A stretch of 64,000 nt of DNA from Fidelibacterota bacterium. GTDB lineage: Bacteria > Fidelibacterota > UBA8477 > JABMPR01. Numbering within the stretch: the stretch's first letter is position 1; every line of letters starts with the position of its first letter. Below, piece by piece: positions 39,490 to 49,339 of the stretch. The stretch is taken from positions 2,516 to 66,515 of the forward strand of contig JABHBL010000088.1 of NCBI GenBank assembly GCA_018673925.1, read 5' to 3'. The notes under the pieces were generated by a model. That model was not told where the DNA came from and made no database searches. It was given only the letters and a program-made list of their open reading frames with translations. Both the position numbers and the translations under genes were made by a program.

Positions 39490-40464
39490 ATGACTCAAGA
39501 AGAAAACATTGAACAACTGGATCAGGGTGTTGTTTCTGATCCAAAACCCCAACACACCATCCGTTCGGTTGTTTCCAAAGCTGAGAAAAAAATTGATCCA
39601 TCCGCAGGCAAAGCAGGCATGGATGAGATTAAAGATGTTCTCAAGAAGAAACAAAAAGATCGCATCGTTAGCGCAGCCCTGGGGAAGTATCAGCTAAATG
39701 AAGAATTAAAGCCCTACCAGGCCGAATTGATCAAGTTGCAGCAGCATATCGAGCGAACTGGCAAAAAGATGATCATCCTTTTTGATGGTCGGGATGCTTC
39801 AGGTAAAGGGGGCACGATTCGCCGTCTCACCCGGTATATGAATGAGAAACGCTATCGTGTAGAGGTACCGGGGAAACCATCACACCGTCAGCAAACAGAG
39901 CTTCATCTTAAGCGCTATATTGAGCGATTCCCCTCAGTGGGCGAAATGGTTCTCTTTGACCGAAGCTGGTATAATAGAGCGCTGGTTGAGCCTGTCATGG
40001 GGTTTTGTACTGAAAAACAGTATCGTGAATTTCTGAACACCGTCAATTCCTATGAGAAGAACTTTGTCAGTGACTCCAAAACCATTTTGCTTAAACTTTA
40101 TTTCTCAGTTTCGAAGGAAGAACAAAACAGACGATTTGAAAGACGCATGAATGACCCCCTGCGCCAATGGAAACTGAGTGAAGTTGACTTACAGGCCCAG
40201 GATCTCTGGGATGAATTTTCTGCAAAGAAATTTAAATTACTTCAGAAGACCAATTCTAAAGAAGCACCCTGGTTTATTGTTCGCTCTGATAGTAAACATG
40301 CTGCCAGACTAGAAACTATGAAATTGATACTTAACTCAATCCCCTATCGTGGAAGAAGCAGAAGCTTAGATTTTCAACCCAATGATGATGTTGTCATTTC
40401 TGGAGAGCGTGAGTTGAAAATCATGGAGCGACAACGCCGTAAGCACGGCCGCTTTATCGGGTAA
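39490..40464 (+). CDS. Polyphosphate kinase 2 (PPK2, single-domain)
   Basis: Walker A FDGRDASGKGGTIRRL and lid/Walker B region VLFDRSWYNRA. Confidence 0.9.
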   Translation: MTQEENIEQLDQGVVSDPKPQHTIRSVVSKAEKKIDPSAGKAGMDEIKDVLKKKQKDRIVSAALGKYQLNEELKPYQAELIKLQQHIERTGKKMIILFDGRDASGKGGTIRRLTRYMNEKRYRVEVPGKPSHRQQTELHLKRYIERFPSVGEMVLFDRSWYNRALVEPVMGFCTEKQYREFLNTVNSYEKNFVSDSKTILLKLYFSVSKEEQNRRFERRMNDPLRQWKLSEVDLQAQDLWDEFSAKKFKLLQKTNSKEAPWFIVRSDSKHAARLETMKLILNSIPYRGRSRSLDFQPNDDVVISGERELKIMERQRRKHGRFIG

Positions 40465-40480
40465 TTAAGAGGTTAATAAT

Positions 40481-41503
40481 ATGGACAAAAAAACACCATC
40501 CCCCACTCCAACTCCAGTGAGACGGACTCGAACCACAAAGCCGCTTGCCAAAGCAGCTCCAGCTCCTGTTGATCCGAAAAAGGTTCCACCAGTCAAGGAG
40601 GCCGCCAAGACACCGCCTACCAAAGTGGTCAAATCAAAAAAGATTCATTTGCATGAAGGAACGGCTACAAAAAATAAGGATGCTATTGATTCCAAAGGAC
40701 GAGTAGCTGTCTATGTCAAAAAGAAAACTCTGGATTATGAAATTGAACTCAAGCGACTTCAGATAGAACTTCTCAAACTGCAAAACCATGTAAAGGAGCA
40801 TAATCTCAGAGTGCTGATGATCTTTGAAGGACGTGATGCAGCAGGCAAGGGCGGAACCATCAAAAGAATCACGGAGCATCTCAATCCTCGTGGTGCTAGA
40901 GTGGTTGCTCTGGAAAAGCCCAGTGATGTTGAAACAAGACAATGGTATTTCCAGCGATATATTCAACATCTCCCAGCCGGTGGTGAAATTGTTCTCTTTG
41001 ATCGTAGTTGGTATAACAGAGCTATGGTTGAGCCCATTATGGGTTTTTGCACCGATGAACAAAATAAACGTTTCATCAAAGATGTCCCCCTGTTTGAACA
41101 GATGCTGGTGAAAGATGGGATCAAACTTTTTAAATTCTATTTTTCGGTCTCCAAGGAAGAACAACTCGCCCGGTTTAAGGCCAGAGAGACAGATCCCCTC
41201 AAACAATACAAAATTTCCCCAGTGGATATGGAAGCCCAGAATCTTTGGGATCAGTATTCAGTAAAGAAATTCCAAATGTTATCTGAAACCAACAGGACCA
41301 TTGCTCCCTGGACTATTATCCGATCTGACAATAAGAAGTTGGCTCGTTTGAATACCATCAAATACATCCTGAGAAAGATGGACTATGAAGGAAAACTGGA
41401 AAAAGAATTCTTCAAAACGAATTCTAATATTCTAGTCTCAGGTATCAAGGAATTGAAATTGATGGAAGATTTACTGATGACACCAGGTGATCTGCCTGGA
41501 TAA
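40481..41503 (+). CDS. Polyphosphate kinase 2 paralog with ~85-aa K/P/A/T-rich basic N-terminal tail
   Basis: FEGRDAAGKGGTIKRI, VLFDRSWYNRA; N-terminus KTPSPTPTPVRRTRTTKPLAKAAPAPVDPKKVPPVKEAAKTPPTKVVKSKK. Confidence 0.9.
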   Translation: MDKKTPSPTPTPVRRTRTTKPLAKAAPAPVDPKKVPPVKEAAKTPPTKVVKSKKIHLHEGTATKNKDAIDSKGRVAVYVKKKTLDYEIELKRLQIELLKLQNHVKEHNLRVLMIFEGRDAAGKGGTIKRITEHLNPRGARVVALEKPSDVETRQWYFQRYIQHLPAGGEIVLFDRSWYNRAMVEPIMGFCTDEQNKRFIKDVPLFEQMLVKDGIKLFKFYFSVSKEEQLARFKARETDPLKQYKISPVDMEAQNLWDQYSVKKFQMLSETNRTIAPWTIIRSDNKKLARLNTIKYILRKMDYEGKLEKEFFKTNSNILVSGIKELKLMEDLLMTPGDLPG

Positions 41504-41511
41504 TAACTCAT

Positions 41512-41547
41512 AAAAAAAGGGCTATCCAAATGGATAGCCCTTTTTTT
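41512..41547. terminator. Bidirectional rho-independent terminator
   Basis: AAAAAAAGGGCTATCCAaaTGGATAGCCCTTTTTTT between convergent genes. Confidence 0.75.
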
Positions 41548-41563
41548 GTTGTTTCGTTTCTAC

Positions 41564-43747
41564 TTAAAAAACAAATTCAAAATTGATGGTCGGCATAAAG
41601 GGCAATAGAACGAAGGTTCTATCCTGGAGACTGTTTGTGACCCAGCTGGCCTCATCAAACTCCAGGTTCTTGCTATTGGTCAGATTAATCAGCTTCAAAC
41701 TGATCTTCCCATCGACCCTTTCCCACGAGACTTCACGATAAAAGGACAAATCAAGCCGATGATAGGCTGAAGACCATTTCCATTCTTGATCTGCGTCAAA
41801 ATGGCGTTTCCCTGAAGCAAGCGAGAAATCCATTTTATAGCCCATATTGTCTCTGAATTTGCCGTCGAGTGTAAAATAAAATTCATGTTGCCTGTGCCCT
41901 GGGAGGAGATCCTTAACATCTGTAGTGTCTGTGAGAGTCGCCGTAGAGAATCTATATTTTGCCAATGTACGAAATCCAGGGGTTAACTTTTCCAGAGAAA
42001 GATTGAGACCACTCACAAGACCTGATTTGTAGGGAACCAGCCATTTGTCCTGGGCACTAAAATCACCCTGCCAGCTGCTATCAAGGAGTGTGGGATTTTC
42101 CAATAGTTGGGTAAAAACCTCTGCTGATACATCATAGCCAATGCGTGGCTTGAAGCTACCTCCAAAACTAACATCCACTTCACCAGGCATTTCGAGGCTC
42201 TTATCCACTGGAATCAATATATCCAGGAGTGGTTGACTCAAGGTATTAGAGAGAGATACTTCCCTATTTGTGGGAGTTGATTGAACCATAGAGAAATATG
42301 CATTATATACATTTGATGGATCCCAATCAACACGCAGGCTTGGGTTAACAGCAAGCTTTTCTGAGAAAGAGGAATAGACGGTTTGAAGTCCCACATCTGT
42401 CGACAGATTATAGGGTAGTGTGTATCGATAGCCTGCCTTGGCTTTAAATATCAAGCCTGAGACATCATTCAAGGCACTGGAATCGACATAGGCCACATCA
42501 GAATTTAGGAGATCAGCGCTGATTCCTGCCGAAACCATATTGTTTCGACCCAGGAAGTATTCAGCATGGGTAGATATTCCATACGTACTCAGATCATTGG
42601 TAAAATCACCATTCAAATCCTGGGACAAACTAAAGGGTATCTGATCTGCTCTCAGGAAGGTATGATAATTCTTCCCATACAGATTTGTAAGGACTGCCAG
42701 TCGGGGACTAAACCGATGCTGCATGCGCCCTGAGATAAAGCTATTGTACCAACTGGAATGCGCACTGCGCCCCTGTGCACCCAGCCAATGAAGTTTATCA
42801 AAGGTTAGATACATGTTCCCAGAAACTTTGGTATCATCACTGATATCAAAGGTGATTTTTCCATTCAAATCATAAAAATAATAATCAGGTTTGAATCTTC
42901 GATAAACACTATCAGACTGAGTAGTACTTAATGAATAGATCGCATCAAAATCCACACGACGACCAGAAAAATACCAAGAGCCGCCGGCTGGATGAGGACC
43001 TGAAGTGGTGAGTCCACTTTCTACAAGTCCCAGAATTGCGCGAACATCAGGATTGGCTCGGTTACCTTCTTTATAGATCAATTCAGTCGTGCCTACCGGG
43101 TCAGTAGTCGTTTGTCTAACATTACCAGCGCCATGGTTTTCGATATGCTTTACAGCGTCAAGGTTGAATGCGGGATAAATATTGTAGAGGTGTCGTGTGT
43201 TCTCTACTGGAACTCCATCAATAACATATTTAGTAAATTCACCAGTGGGATGCAGCCAGCGAGTAGGAGCTAAAAGTTCATAAGAAAAATCACTGCCTTC
43301 AAGTTCCTCAGTTTTCAATAACTCAATATCTTTGGGTTGTTCTGGTCCAGGAAGTTGAGAGGTGATTGTGTGTTCAGGTATCTCCAATAGCGAGTCTACC
43401 ACCACTACCTCTTCTCCACCTAAGGTTTGAGGTTCCATGTGGATTGGGATAATGATGTGCGTATCATCCTCAAAAAAGAATTGTTTACCAAATGAGTTGT
43501 AACCCATATAGGAACAGACGACTTGTAGACTATCATGGGATAAGCCACTGAGGTAAAAATAGCCGTCTACATTGGAGGTTCCGCCTAGATAGGTGCCTTT
43601 AATAACAAGATTGGCATATGGTAAAGGTTCAAGTGTGACCGAATTCCTGATCGTACCAGAAATTGATTTAATTTGACCAAAAAGCATGGGCACAGTCAGC
43701 AGGAGGATTAATAGTCGAACATAGGATTTTTTCATTTTATTTCTCAT
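41564..43747 (-). CDS. TonB-dependent-receptor-like outer membrane protein with N-terminal CarboxypepD_reg domain
   Basis: Signal peptide; SGTIRNSVTLEPLPYANLVIKGTYLGGTSNVDGYFYL (CarboxypepD_reg); plug-like VIDGVP; C-terminal F. Confidence 0.6.
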   Translation of the reverse strand: MRNKMKKSYVRLLILLLTVPMLFGQIKSISGTIRNSVTLEPLPYANLVIKGTYLGGTSNVDGYFYLSGLSHDSLQVVCSYMGYNSFGKQFFFEDDTHIIIPIHMEPQTLGGEEVVVVDSLLEIPEHTITSQLPGPEQPKDIELLKTEELEGSDFSYELLAPTRWLHPTGEFTKYVIDGVPVENTRHLYNIYPAFNLDAVKHIENHGAGNVRQTTTDPVGTTELIYKEGNRANPDVRAILGLVESGLTTSGPHPAGGSWYFSGRRVDFDAIYSLSTTQSDSVYRRFKPDYYFYDLNGKITFDISDDTKVSGNMYLTFDKLHWLGAQGRSAHSSWYNSFISGRMQHRFSPRLAVLTNLYGKNYHTFLRADQIPFSLSQDLNGDFTNDLSTYGISTHAEYFLGRNNMVSAGISADLLNSDVAYVDSSALNDVSGLIFKAKAGYRYTLPYNLSTDVGLQTVYSSFSEKLAVNPSLRVDWDPSNVYNAYFSMVQSTPTNREVSLSNTLSQPLLDILIPVDKSLEMPGEVDVSFGGSFKPRIGYDVSAEVFTQLLENPTLLDSSWQGDFSAQDKWLVPYKSGLVSGLNLSLEKLTPGFRTLAKYRFSTATLTDTTDVKDLLPGHRQHEFYFTLDGKFRDNMGYKMDFSLASGKRHFDADQEWKWSSAYHRLDLSFYREVSWERVDGKISLKLINLTNSKNLEFDEASWVTNSLQDRTFVLLPFMPTINFEFVF

Positions 43748-43782
43748 TCCCCAAAAATTTCAATAACATATAACATTATACT

Positions 43783-44244
43783 TTAATACCAGGTCACATT
43801 CCAATTAAGAAGTTTCCCTGATTCATATTTAAAAACCGCTGAGAAAATACCTGGTTGATCCAGCCAATCCATAAAAATCCGATCTCCATCCCAGAGAGGA
43901 ATATCTTTGAGATCAGCATTGTCTATCCATTGGAGGTGACCCTCAGGTGAGTCGATTAACTCTCCTGAAAACTCATCAAAACAATACACATGCACATACC
44001 AATCATTTTGACCATCAAAATTTGGAAAGGTGATAAACCCTTTAAGCTGTGGTTTGGATACGAGTAGGCCAGATTCTTCCATGACTTCCCTGATGGCACA
44101 AGCTTCAGGAGATTCTCCTCCCTCAACTTTGCCGCCTAACCCATTCCATTTCCCCTCATGCATATCATCGGCTTTTTTATTACGATGAAGCATCAAGGTC
44201 TTCTCGCCCTCACGTATGTAACACAAAGTTGCTAGCTTATTCAT
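43783..44244 (-). CDS. NUDIX hydrolase (MutT-like)
   Basis: Nudix box GKWNGLGGKVEGGESPEACAIREVMEESGL. Confidence 0.8.
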   Translation of the reverse strand: MNKLATLCYIREGEKTLMLHRNKKADDMHEGKWNGLGGKVEGGESPEACAIREVMEESGLLVSKPQLKGFITFPNFDGQNDWYVHVYCFDEFSGELIDSPEGHLQWIDNADLKDIPLWDGDRIFMDWLDQPGIFSAVFKYESGKLLNWNVTWY

Positions 44245-44291
44245 CCTGTCTGTCCAAGTCTTTACAATGTCAATTGTTCCGCAAGTGAAAT

Positions 44292-44323
44292 AAAAAAAAG
44301 TCCGGTAAGAACCGGACTTTTTC
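44292..44323. terminator. Rho-independent terminator between marR-like gene and NUDIX gene
   Basis: AAAAAAAA-GTCCGGT-aaga-ACCGGAC-TTTTTCT. Confidence 0.6.
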
Positions 44324-44342
44324 TCACAATTATTGATATGAA

Positions 44343-44831
44343 TCAGGCGTTTCTTACCAGCCAGGTACTTACTAAACCCTGCATCAGAGAAATACCATTG
44401 TAGATTTTATCCCTATCTTCAACAGAGATATCTTTAAGCATTTCACCATGTAGATCAGCATACTCTTCTTTGAGCTTTCCTACCAGAGTTTGACCTTTAT
44501 TGGTAAGGCTAATTTTGGCGAATCGACGATCTTCAATACTTTGAACCCGGTCTACCAATTTCTCAGCGAAAAGACCATCAATGATTCTGGTCAAGCGGCT
44601 TGGTGAAAGATGCATGCTGGTTGCCAACTCCTGTACAGAGTAAGATTTACCAGCTTCAACAATTCTCAGACAACGGAATTCAGCAACTTTTAGTCCGTGA
44701 TCTTTGGCAAACATTTTTTCTTTGGCTTCACAACACCTCAAAAGATCGAATGTCAATTCGGTGATTGCGCTGGCCTGTTGTTTCAATTTCATGTCCATAA
44801 CTTTTCCCCTTAGACTTTCTATTTTTTCCAA
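44343..44831 (-). CDS. MarR-family transcriptional regulator
   Basis: Winged-helix region YSVQELATSMHLSPSRLTRIIDGLFAEKLVDRVQSIEDRRFAKISLTNKG. Confidence 0.85.
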   Translation of the reverse strand: MEKIESLRGKVMDMKLKQQASAITELTFDLLRCCEAKEKMFAKDHGLKVAEFRCLRIVEAGKSYSVQELATSMHLSPSRLTRIIDGLFAEKLVDRVQSIEDRRFAKISLTNKGQTLVGKLKEEYADLHGEMLKDISVEDRDKIYNGISLMQGLVSTWLVRNA

Positions 44832-44848
44832 ATATTCTTTATACTTAA

Positions 44849-44871
44849 AATCATTGTCTTTGATAATGATT
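44849..44871. promoter_or_regulatory. Perfect 7-bp-arm palindrome AATCATT-N9-AATGATT, 18-40 bp upstream of the marR-like start (candidate autoregulatory operator)
   Basis: Read directly from the sequence; the position is typical of MarR operators overlapping their own promoter. Confidence 0.35.
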
Positions 44872-45080
44872 GCTATTACACAAAAATTTAGTATCTGAAT
44901 GAACCTAAGACTAACAATTTCTTTGCTAAAGGCAAAAATAGTGAGTTTGTAGCTATTAACTATACATGATATTATTTATTACATTTCTTTACGATGCGAA
45001 TGATCCTCATATTGATATTTCGACAAATATTTTGAATTATTCTTCATGACAAGTGTGGAGTCAAAACCTAAACTGTTGCC

Positions 45081-45578
45081 ATGCAAAAATTAACTGACTA
45101 TCGAGACAGCCGAATGCTTCAATATCCTGAAACCGTCAGCATTGTCATTGTGAAAGATGAGGACGGAAGATACAATCCTATGTCTGCTTCATGGGTGATG
45201 CTCACCTCAATTGAACCACGCATGATTGCCATTTCCATTGGATTTGAGCGCTACACCTACGAGCTCATGCGTAAACAGACTGAATTTGTCATCAGCTTCC
45301 CTTCAGCGGGAATGGCAGCAGAGGTAAAACTCTTCGGTTCAGAATCGGGTCGAGATATGGACAAATTGAAGCACCTAGGAACTCCGACACAACCGGCGAC
45401 TAAGATTGATGGCCTCTTATTGTCTGAAGCGACAGTCAATTATGAATGTGTTTTAAAGGATACTCTGATTACAGGTGATCACATGATTTTTTCAGGAGAG
45501 ATTGTGGCCAGCCACAAACATGTCGATGATCTCCCCCGACTCTATGTACTCGAGCCCAAGAAATACGGTGGGCTTTAA
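45081..45578 (+). CDS. Flavin reductase-like (FMN-binding split-barrel) domain protein
   Basis: 165 aa; NPMSASWVMLTSIEPRMIAISIG pattern of the Flavin_Reduct family. Divergent from marR. Confidence 0.7.
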   Translation: MQKLTDYRDSRMLQYPETVSIVIVKDEDGRYNPMSASWVMLTSIEPRMIAISIGFERYTYELMRKQTEFVISFPSAGMAAEVKLFGSESGRDMDKLKHLGTPTQPATKIDGLLLSEATVNYECVLKDTLITGDHMIFSGEIVASHKHVDDLPRLYVLEPKKYGGL

Positions 45579-45612
45579 CCCCTAGATCAGCACAATTGAT
45601 TCCTATTCGGGT

Positions 45613-47196
45613 TTAGTGAAGCCCGAGATATTCATCATAACTTGAAGTATTGACTTCAACAGTCTTGGCATCTAGATCGATGATGCGATCGGAAACGGTC
45701 TGGTTAAATTCATGATCGTGTGAAGTAAACAGGATATTCCCTTTATAGCGCATCAAACCTTCATTGATCGCGGTAATACTTTCCAGGTCGAGGTGATTGG
45801 TAGGACCATCAAACATGAGCACATTTGAGTGGGTAACCATCATCTTAGCAAACATACATCTGACCCGCTCCCCTCCTGATAGAACATTGGTTTTCTTGAA
45901 AGCATCTTCACCGGAGAAAAGCATCTGACCAAGTAGCCCACGGATATAGGGTTCGTGTTGATCTTCAGAATACATACGCAGCCAATCGATCAGATTGTAT
46001 TTTCCAGGTTCAAAGTATTCTGTGTTGTCCTTGGGAAAGTATGACTGTGTGGTTGTGACACCCCACCTGGCAAAACCTGAGTCTGGCTCCATTTCACCAG
46101 CGAGAATTTTAAAGAGGGTTGTGGTTGCCATTTCGTTTTCAGCTAGAAAAATGACCTTTTCACCACGTGCAATATGAAACGTGAGGTTATCGAGGATCTT
46201 TTTGCCTTCAATTGTCTTAGACAGACCCTCAACGGTAAGAATATCTTTGCCAGCTTCACGTGCGGGTTCAAAGTGAATGTAGGGATATTTTCTGGTTGAT
46301 ACCGGCATATCACCCAATTCAAGTTTTTCTAATTGTTTCTGCCTTGATGTAGCCTGTTTTGATTTACTGGCATTGGCGGAGAAACGTGAGATAAACGCTT
46401 TTAACTCTTTGGCTTTGTCTTCAGCTTTTTTGTTCTGATTGTTTCTTAGATTTTGTGCCAATTCGCTGGATTGTCTCCAAAAATCGTAGTTTCCAGCAAA
46501 AGTCGTGATCTTCCCAAAATCGATATCGGCCGTCATTGTACAGACCTTATTAAGAAAGTGTCTATCATGGGAGACGACTACAACAGTATTCGTGAAGCTC
46601 AATAAAAACTGTTCCAGCCAATCCTTAGCTTTGATATCGAGGTGATTTGTGGGTTCATCCAGAAGCAGGATGTCAGGATTTCCAAAAATAGCCTGAGCTA
46701 GCAATACCTTAATTTTTTCTGAACCCCTGAGATCTTTCATTTCGCGATCAGCATAGGATACATCGAGTCCAAGACCTGCCAAAAGCACCATCGCTTCTGA
46801 CTCAGCCTCCCAGCCTCCCATCTCACCAAATTCGGATTCAAGCTCTGCAGCTTTCATCCCATCCGCATCTGAGAAATCAGGTTTCATATAGATCGCATCT
46901 TTTTCCTGCATGATGTTGAAGAGAATCTCATTCCCTTTTAGGACAGTCTCTAAAACTGTAAATTCATCATATGCAAACTGATCCTGTTTTAACACGGACA
47001 TACGTTCGCCAGGACCTATGCTAATGTTGCCCTTTTGCATCTCGATATCTCCGGCAAGCAGTTTGAGGAAGGTGGATTTTCCCGAACCGTTGGCCCCGAT
47101 GAGTCCATAACAGTTACCAGGTGTAAACTTTATATTTACATCTTCAAACAGCTTCTGACCACCAAAGGTCAAACTAACATTATTGGTACTTAGCAT
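45613..47196 (-). CDS. ABC-F family ATPase (tandem ABC domains, no TM; EttA/YbiT-like)
   Basis: Two Walker A sites (GANGSGKST; second domain) and two LSGGE signature motifs; inter-domain linker. Confidence 0.9.
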   Translation of the reverse strand: MLSTNNVSLTFGGQKLFEDVNIKFTPGNCYGLIGANGSGKSTFLKLLAGDIEMQKGNISIGPGERMSVLKQDQFAYDEFTVLETVLKGNEILFNIMQEKDAIYMKPDFSDADGMKAAELESEFGEMGGWEAESEAMVLLAGLGLDVSYADREMKDLRGSEKIKVLLAQAIFGNPDILLLDEPTNHLDIKAKDWLEQFLLSFTNTVVVVSHDRHFLNKVCTMTADIDFGKITTFAGNYDFWRQSSELAQNLRNNQNKKAEDKAKELKAFISRFSANASKSKQATSRQKQLEKLELGDMPVSTRKYPYIHFEPAREAGKDILTVEGLSKTIEGKKILDNLTFHIARGEKVIFLAENEMATTTLFKILAGEMEPDSGFARWGVTTTQSYFPKDNTEYFEPGKYNLIDWLRMYSEDQHEPYIRGLLGQMLFSGEDAFKKTNVLSGGERVRCMFAKMMVTHSNVLMFDGPTNHLDLESITAINEGLMRYKGNILFTSHDHEFNQTVSDRIIDLDAKTVEVNTSSYDEYLGLH

Positions 47197-47324
47197 ATAT
47201 GTATAATTGTCCTATTTATAATCACTTCTGACATCAGGGATCATATAGTTGCTGAAAGCTCCTCTTCAAACCAGAAAAGTGAACAAATTTGAACTTTGAT
47301 TGAGTCGGGATTTTGTACTAAGGC

Positions 47325-48629
47325 CTAATCGATTCTTTCGAGAATAAGTGGTGGAATTTCAGGAGGAGATGGATTAATGGTAAAGATTGACTCTCCGTTG
47401 GCCAGCACCTCACGGAGGGCTTTCTCATCATTGGAATAAACTGTGAGAATGTCATCACCCCTATTGAGATTATCTCCGATTCGGGAATGGATATACATAC
47501 CGCTGGAATAATCTATTGTATCAGTGATTTTGCGTCGACCTGCACCAAGTTGTATACCTGCAAAGCCAAGCGCCATCGTATCTATCTGAGCGAGGTAACC
47601 CGCTTCAGGAGCCTGGATTGCTCCTGAATATTTTGCCCTGGGGTATTTACTCAAATTATCCAGAACACCTGGATCACCACCCTGAAGCTCGGTAATTCTT
47701 TTAAGTTTCTCAAAAGCTGAGCCTTCAGTTACAGTTTTGACCTGAAGATCAATAGCAGCCTCTTGAGAGAGATCTGGATTTGACATTTTCAGAATTTCAG
47801 CACCGAGAGCGTAAGTTACATCCATGAGATCAGCAGGACCCTCTCCCTGTAATCCTCGCACAGACTCCTCCATCTCAAACCAATTTCCAATGGCTGAACC
47901 AAGGGGTTGGTTCATATCTGTGATCAAGGCAGTAGTCTTGATTCCATAACCTTTTCCGATAGAAACAAGGCTTTTAGCTAAGGCACGGGAATCATCGGGA
48001 GTCTGCATAAAGGCACCATTCCCAGTTTTCACATCCAGGACCAGTCCTTGAATACCTTCGGCAATTTTTTTGCTCATGATACTGGCAGAAATAAGGGGGA
48101 TAGATCTCACTGTAGCTGTGACATCTCGTAGCGAATAGATTTTCTTATCGGCGGGACAAATATTTCCCGTTTGTCCAATGAGACCCATACGCTCATTGAT
48201 GACCATGTCCTTCCAATCATTCAATTCAAGATTCACATTAAAACCGGGAATGGATTCCAATTTATCCAGCGTTCCACCACTATGTCCAAGTCCCCTCCCT
48301 GATATCATAGGTATATGTATACCTAATACAGCGAGAATCGGTGCCAACAAAATTGATACCTTGTCACCCACACCGCCGGTGCTGTGCTTGTCTGCTACAA
48401 AACCAGGAGCGGAGCTAAAATCCATTCGCTCGCCAGATTCCAACATAACTTTTGTGAGCGACACAGTTTCTTCCGTAGTCATTCCCTTGATAAAGATGGC
48501 CATGAGGAGGGCAGACATTTGATAATCTGGAATATCCCCATCGGTATAGGCCATGATGAAATCTTTTATTTCACTATCGGTGAGAGGCAGCCCCTGTGAT
48601 TTTTTTTCAATGATCTGATAGGGTATCAT
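47325..48629 (-). CDS. Pyrimidine-nucleoside (thymidine) phosphorylase
   Basis: MIPYQIIEKKSQGLPLTDSEI..., HSTGGVGDK phosphate-binding motif. Start trimmed to MIPYQ; the ORF-track version extends to 48704 with an implausible N-terminus. Confidence 0.85.
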   Translation of the reverse strand: MIPYQIIEKKSQGLPLTDSEIKDFIMAYTDGDIPDYQMSALLMAIFIKGMTTEETVSLTKVMLESGERMDFSSAPGFVADKHSTGGVGDKVSILLAPILAVLGIHIPMISGRGLGHSGGTLDKLESIPGFNVNLELNDWKDMVINERMGLIGQTGNICPADKKIYSLRDVTATVRSIPLISASIMSKKIAEGIQGLVLDVKTGNGAFMQTPDDSRALAKSLVSIGKGYGIKTTALITDMNQPLGSAIGNWFEMEESVRGLQGEGPADLMDVTYALGAEILKMSNPDLSQEAAIDLQVKTVTEGSAFEKLKRITELQGGDPGVLDNLSKYPRAKYSGAIQAPEAGYLAQIDTMALGFAGIQLGAGRRKITDTIDYSSGMYIHSRIGDNLNRGDDILTVYSNDEKALREVLANGESIFTINPSPPEIPPLILERID

Positions 48630-49167
48630 CTTCACTCCTGTAACTCTCAGCCAATTCAACGTAATGTTTCCAGCCTGATTGCATGCGTTGAAACATGTCA
48701 TCATCTATCGTTGCTCTTTGCTTGGCCGGTATGCCTGCCCAGAGTGTCCTGGCCGGGATGTGCTCGTATTCCTTAACTAGGGCACCTGCTGCGACGAGCG
48801 CGGCTTCATCAACCTTGGCCCAGCTTAAAATGGTTGCACCCATACCAATCAGGGCATCATCTCCCACAATGCAACCATGTACTATTGACTGATGGCCAAT
48901 GGTGACACGGTCTCCAATGAGACATGGGCCATCATCGGATTCCACATGCAGGATCGCTCCATCCTGAACATTGACATTTTCACCGATTCTAATTTTATTT
49001 AAATCGCCACGAATAACCACATTATACCAGATACTGGTTCTGGCTCCAATTTCAACATCACCTATAATGACTGCATTCTCAGCAACCCAGGCTCGGGGAT
49101 GTATTTTTGGATTCTTACCATTAAAAGATTTCAAAATCATTTGTAAATAGTGCTCCCAATAGAGCAT
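48607..49167 (-). CDS. Gamma-carbonic-anhydrase-like hexapeptide-repeat protein (YrdA/PaaY family)
   Basis: RAWVAENAVIIGDVEIGARTSIWYNVVIRGDLNKIRIGENVNVQDG aligns with YrdA. The start is likely the internal Met MILKSF. Confidence 0.8.
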   Translation of the reverse strand: MLYWEHYLQMILKSFNGKNPKIHPRAWVAENAVIIGDVEIGARTSIWYNVVIRGDLNKIRIGENVNVQDGAILHVESDDGPCLIGDRVTIGHQSIVHGCIVGDDALIGMGATILSWAKVDEAALVAAGALVKEYEHIPARTLWAGIPAKQRATIDDDMFQRMQSGWKHYVELAESYRSEDDTLSDH

Positions 49168-49339
49168 TAAACATAATCGTTGGGGTTACAATTGGAAACA
49201 TAATCAATTTGCTCCAGTTGAGATCTATCTCAGTGGGTATTACCTGCAGCATGCATCTTTTACCAAAATTATGAGCATATTTGAAGATGAATTCTTTTAA
49301 TCTTGACTTTTTTGTACAATATGCTTTACTTGGTACGAA

